From Bythopirellula sp. (GTDB lineage Bacteria > Planctomycetota > Planctomycetia > Pirellulales > Lacipirellulaceae), in contig OZ244170.1 of assembly GCA_965216565.1 (NCBI GenBank), positions 3,584,001 to 3,648,000 of the forward strand: 64,000 bases of DNA, read 5' to 3'. Position 1 is the stretch's first letter, and each line of letters begins with the position of its first letter. Position numbers and translations under genes: made by a program. A model generated the notes under the pieces. That model was not told the DNA's origin. It searched no databases and worked only from the letters and a program-made list of their open reading frames with translations. Positions 59,130-64,000 of the stretch are shown here, in pieces.

Positions 59130-59381
59130 ATGAGAGTCCTATCCTGTGTTTTCGTAGGAGTTGCGATTTCTGTCTGCACTGGCTGCACATCGGTTCGAGC
59201 GACACTATTCGAGGGATTCATGGATTCAATGCTCTGTTCTCTGCTTGATTCCGACGAAAAGATCGACGCCCACGTGCTTAAACGCAAGGGAATTGAGCCA
59301 GGCAGCAAGGCGCACAAGAAGCTGGAATATCACGAAAAATTCAGCCGCGACTTCTATCGAAAACACGACTCAAACTACTAG
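59130..59381 (+). CDS. Small putative lipoprotein
   Basis: Hydrophobic N-terminus with a CTGC lipobox-like site. Confidence 0.5.
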   Translation: MRVLSCVFVGVAISVCTGCTSVRATLFEGFMDSMLCSLLDSDEKIDAHVLKRKGIEPGSKAHKKLEYHEKFSRDFYRKHDSNY

Positions 59382-59400
59382 AGATACTTTAGGGCCCGCC

Positions 59401-59889
59401 TCAACCGAGCAGCTCTGGATTGAGCCGTACCAGGGCGAAATTAAGTGCCGCGGCAAACGAGACCCAGGCCAGGTAGGGCGTCAGCAGCAGCCCCGCTGCG
59501 GGCTTAATCCGCCAGAATGCCACGATCGTTGCCACAATCAGACCCCAGAGCAAACCGATGTCTACCAGAGCCATCGTGCCCTGTTGCCAAGCAAAGAACA
59601 GCCAACTCCACAAGGCGTTCACAATTAGCTGTGCGACAAATAAGCCCATCGCTAGCCGGGCACCAGCGAAGCCTTTCTCTCGCCACACCAGCCACGCGGC
59701 AATGGCCATCAATGCGTAGAGCACCGTCCACACCGGGCCAAATAACCAAGCCGGCGGCGACCACTCGGGACGAATCAACTCGGCGTAGAAATCTGGAGCA
59801 TTGACCGAAGCAATCGCACCCACGGCCGACGCTGCAAAGCTAAAGAGCAGCCAACCAATGAGACCTAGAGTTTGATTTCCGACAGACAT
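59401..59889 (-). CDS. tspO: TspO/MBR tryptophan-rich sensory protein
   Basis: PEWSPPAWLFGPVWT.LY, NALWSWLFF and PYLAWVSFA motifs. Confidence 0.92.
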   Translation of the reverse strand: MSVGNQTLGLIGWLLFSFAASAVGAIASVNAPDFYAELIRPEWSPPAWLFGPVWTVLYALMAIAAWLVWREKGFAGARLAMGLFVAQLIVNALWSWLFFAWQQGTMALVDIGLLWGLIVATIVAFWRIKPAAGLLLTPYLAWVSFAAALNFALVRLNPELLG

Positions 59890-60077
59890 AAGATTGCGAC
59901 AAGACCTCGAACAAACAGGTTCCTATAGGGTTTTTAGGGCCCTAGATGCAAAAGAGAAGTGGAAAAACCATCACGAGATGACGGAACAAACGAGTATGCG
60001 GCCTGCGGTTGAGAGAGCGAAAAAGCCCGCGAATCTACGCCGATGGACGCGAATAAGGGCAAGGCATCAGATCGAGA

Positions 60078-60581
60078 TCAGTCCCTCATGTGACCGAGGA
60101 TTTGAAGGACTCTAAAAACGGGGTTGCGCGCATCATATGTTTCATTTGAAGCGAGTTCCAGCAACTCGGTAATCTTGGCTTTATACTGCTCGTTGATAAT
60201 TAGTTCCAAATCTTCAATCTCCTCCAAATGCTCTGTAATAAATCCCTTCGGGACATAAGGAGACCAAAACTGAAATCGCAAACTCTCAAATGTTCGCAAG
60301 TAGTGCTTTGAATACTCTTTCTGTCGAGAGATCTTTCTCGTAACTCTCTCGACAGTTTCTTGATTGCTACCATACTGCAATCCCCGAATGTGAGTGGTGA
60401 CCTCACACAGGATAGCTTCTCGATTCGCAAAATTTAGCCCCAAGACGTCAAGCTCATTGAGACCTTGCAGACCACCACCTGGGGGCCTGACATTGTAGTC
60501 AACGACGTCGCACTGTTCGATTAACTGAAGATATGCACCAACAAAATACTCACCAACGTCAGTAAGCATTAGTTCTCCCAA
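60078..60581 (-). CDS. Hypothetical PD-(D/E)XK-like protein, AT-richer
   Basis: DVGE..VG.YL, ELDVLG and ILCEVTTH motifs. Confidence 0.6.
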   Translation of the reverse strand: MGELMLTDVGEYFVGAYLQLIEQCDVVDYNVRPPGGGLQGLNELDVLGLNFANREAILCEVTTHIRGLQYGSNQETVERVTRKISRQKEYSKHYLRTFESLRFQFWSPYVPKGFITEHLEEIEDLELIINEQYKAKITELLELASNETYDARNPVFRVLQILGHMRD

Positions 60582-60646
60582 TAAGAGGAAGCCACGAAAG
60601 AGTTGTCCGATCCGCGCTATTCGTGGTCCTCAACCGAACCACCGAA

Positions 60647-60961
60647 CTAGCTGGAGATCTTCCCAATCTTCACCCGCGTATGAATCGACCGATGACCGGT
60701 CTTGCGGCGAGAGTTTTTGCGGCGGCGGATTTTTTGCACCACGAGCTTTTCGCCCTTTTCGGCTCCCAGCACTTCGGCTTCCACTTTCGCACCATCCAAG
60801 GCTGGCGTGCCGAGCTGCAGATTGCCCTCGCCGTCGCTCACGGCTAGCACCTTATCGAAGGTGAGCTTGTCGCCGGCGGAACCTTCGCGGAAATCGACCG
60901 TGAGTTCTTGACCTTCTTCAACTTTGTATTGGCGACCGCTGTCGGCGATAATGGCGTACAT
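60647..60961 (-). CDS. rplU: 50S ribosomal protein L21
   Basis: MYAII..SGRQYKVEEG and RRKNSRRKTGHR motifs. Confidence 0.96.
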   Translation of the reverse strand: MYAIIADSGRQYKVEEGQELTVDFREGSAGDKLTFDKVLAVSDGEGNLQLGTPALDGAKVEAEVLGAEKGEKLVVQKIRRRKNSRRKTGHRSIHTRVKIGKISS

Positions 60962-61103
60962 GGCTCTGGGAGGGGTTAGGGGCTAGGAGTTAGGGACTAG
61001 GGTTCTCGATTTTTTGGGCGAGCCTTACAATTTAGCGAATTCACGGAACATCGTCGAGGGGTCGGGTGTCGAGAATGGCCGCGATCCGATGGATTGCCGG
61101 GGC

Positions 61104-62729
<1,626 letters not shown>

Positions 62730-62876
62730 GGTGCTACTTTCTGATTGTTTGTGACGCTTCGTCCGTCGATCCGCTTGTGGTTTTCGTTTTGGGATGTCGG
62801 TTTGCATCAGATATTTCGTTGACTTTTATTTCGTTGACTTCGTTATTTGTGTTTCCCAACGCGGTACTAAGTACTG

Positions 62877-64000
62877 CTACACTGGAAACTCTGGGAATAC
62901 TTTGGATAATTCTTCTTTGAGATAGGTTTTCACTTCACGCGCGCCTTCGAGAGTGCGGACGTGCTCGGCAACCTTCTCGCATTGTTCAATATTCACACTA
63001 CGGCAGACACGCTTGACTTCGGGCACTGCCGCTGGAGTGACGCTAAAGGAGCGCAGGCCCATACCCAACAGCAGCATGGTGTACATGGGATTGCCGCTCA
63101 TCTGGCCGCACATACTAATTGGTATGTTGTGCTGGTTGGCTGTTGTTAAAGCCATCTGAATCATACGAATCACAGCCGGATCGGCTCCGGTGTAAAGACT
63201 CGCCACATCCTTATTGCTACGATCCACTGCCAAGCAATATTGGATGAGGTCGTTTGTACCGATACTGAAAAAATCGACCTCTTCCACAAATCGGTCCATC
63301 ATCATGATGGCCGAGGGGACTTCTACCATCATGCCAATTTGTAGATCGCGATTGAATTCGATGCCAAGTTCTTCTAAATCCTCCATGGCATCGGCCAGCA
63401 CCATCTTGGCCTGGCGAAATTCCAGCATCGTGCTCACCAGCGGGAACATAATGCGGATATCACCCAACGTGCTCGCTCGCAGGATGGCGCGCAACTGCAC
63501 ACGGAACAAATCGCGATTGCGAAGAGCCAGGCGAATGCTTCGCAATCCGAGAAACGGATTGCGCTCGTCCTCAGGATCTGGGAGCGAGCGCATTTTGTCG
63601 GCGCCCAAGTCGAGCGTCCGCATGACGATCGGTTGATCCTTGATATCGTTGGCTACGGAGGCATAGGCCTCGAAGTGAGTTTCCTCGGATGGATCGTCAT
63701 CGACCCCCAGGTAGAGAAATTCCGTTCGATAGAGCCCGATGCCGGCCGCGCCACGTTCCTGGCACTGCTTCACTTCGTGGGGGAACTCGATATTACCCAA
63801 CAGAGTGATTTTCTGGCCGCAGGTGGTTTCGGCGGCCAAATCTCGCAACGTTTCCAGCTTGGCTGCTAGGTTGCGCTGCTCTTCTACTTCATGCCGATAT
63901 CGGGCAAGCGTCTCTTCGTCGGGGTGCAGGATGATCTGCCCCTGATCGCCATCGATGATGATGGTATCGCCGCCCGAAATGTCGGTCATGAATGGCCCAA
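62877..64000 (-). CDS. ptsI: PTS enzyme I (PEP-protein phosphotransferase), 5' truncated by the window edge
   Basis: GIGLYRTEFL, RTLDLGADK, NPFLGLR, FSIGTNDL and MCG motifs. Confidence 0.93.
   Translation of the reverse strand, partial: GPFMTDISGGDTIIIDGDQGQIILHPDEETLARYRHEVEEQRNLAAKLETLRDLAAETTCGQKITLLGNIEFPHEVKQCQERGAAGIGLYRTEFLYLGVDDDPSEETHFEAYASVANDIKDQPIVMRTLDLGADKMRSLPDPEDERNPFLGLRSIRLALRNRDLFRVQLRAILRASTLGDIRIMFPLVSTMLEFRQAKMVLADAMEDLEELGIEFNRDLQIGMMVEVPSAIMMMDRFVEEVDFFSIGTNDLIQYCLAVDRSNKDVASLYTGADPAVIRMIQMALTTANQHNIPISMCGQMSGNPMYTMLLLGMGLRSFSVTPAAVPEVKRVCRSVNIEQCEKVAEHVRTLEGAREVKTYLKEELSKVFPEFPV

Overview
Chromosomal window from a planctomycete, probably Pirellulales. This is inferred from DUF1559, PEP-CTERM, HYExAFE and YTV-like proteins. 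Most of the window is housekeeping (galT-like, GH57, bioD, aroE, rlmN, epmB/efp, hisS, nrdJ, rplU, RNase E/G, PTS EI). The main feature is an intact minus-strand cluster of about 14 kb (19393-33610) encoding a phage-type DNA-packaging head: terminase, portal, protease/scaffold, decoration protein, major capsid and head-completion proteins. I recognise no integrase, replication gene, tail tube, sheath or tape measure, so it is a candidate domesticated, tail-less, GTA-like system. Its two transcription blocks each begin with the same leader: a tandem AGGTATC-N3/4-AGAGC motif overlapping an intrinsic terminator. It also contains a small YezD/DUF2292-like ORF, a ParB plus ABC-GNAT module and a start-less ORF reachable by a +1 frameshift. 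Other notable items: a cobalamin riboswitch controlling a DUF1559/DUF4465/PEP-CTERM operon with no transporter, a Stig-cyclase-like PEP-CTERM protein, and AT-richer nuclease genes bracketed by inverted 9-nt-periodic repeats. All family assignments come from motifs recognised by eye; no searches were run.
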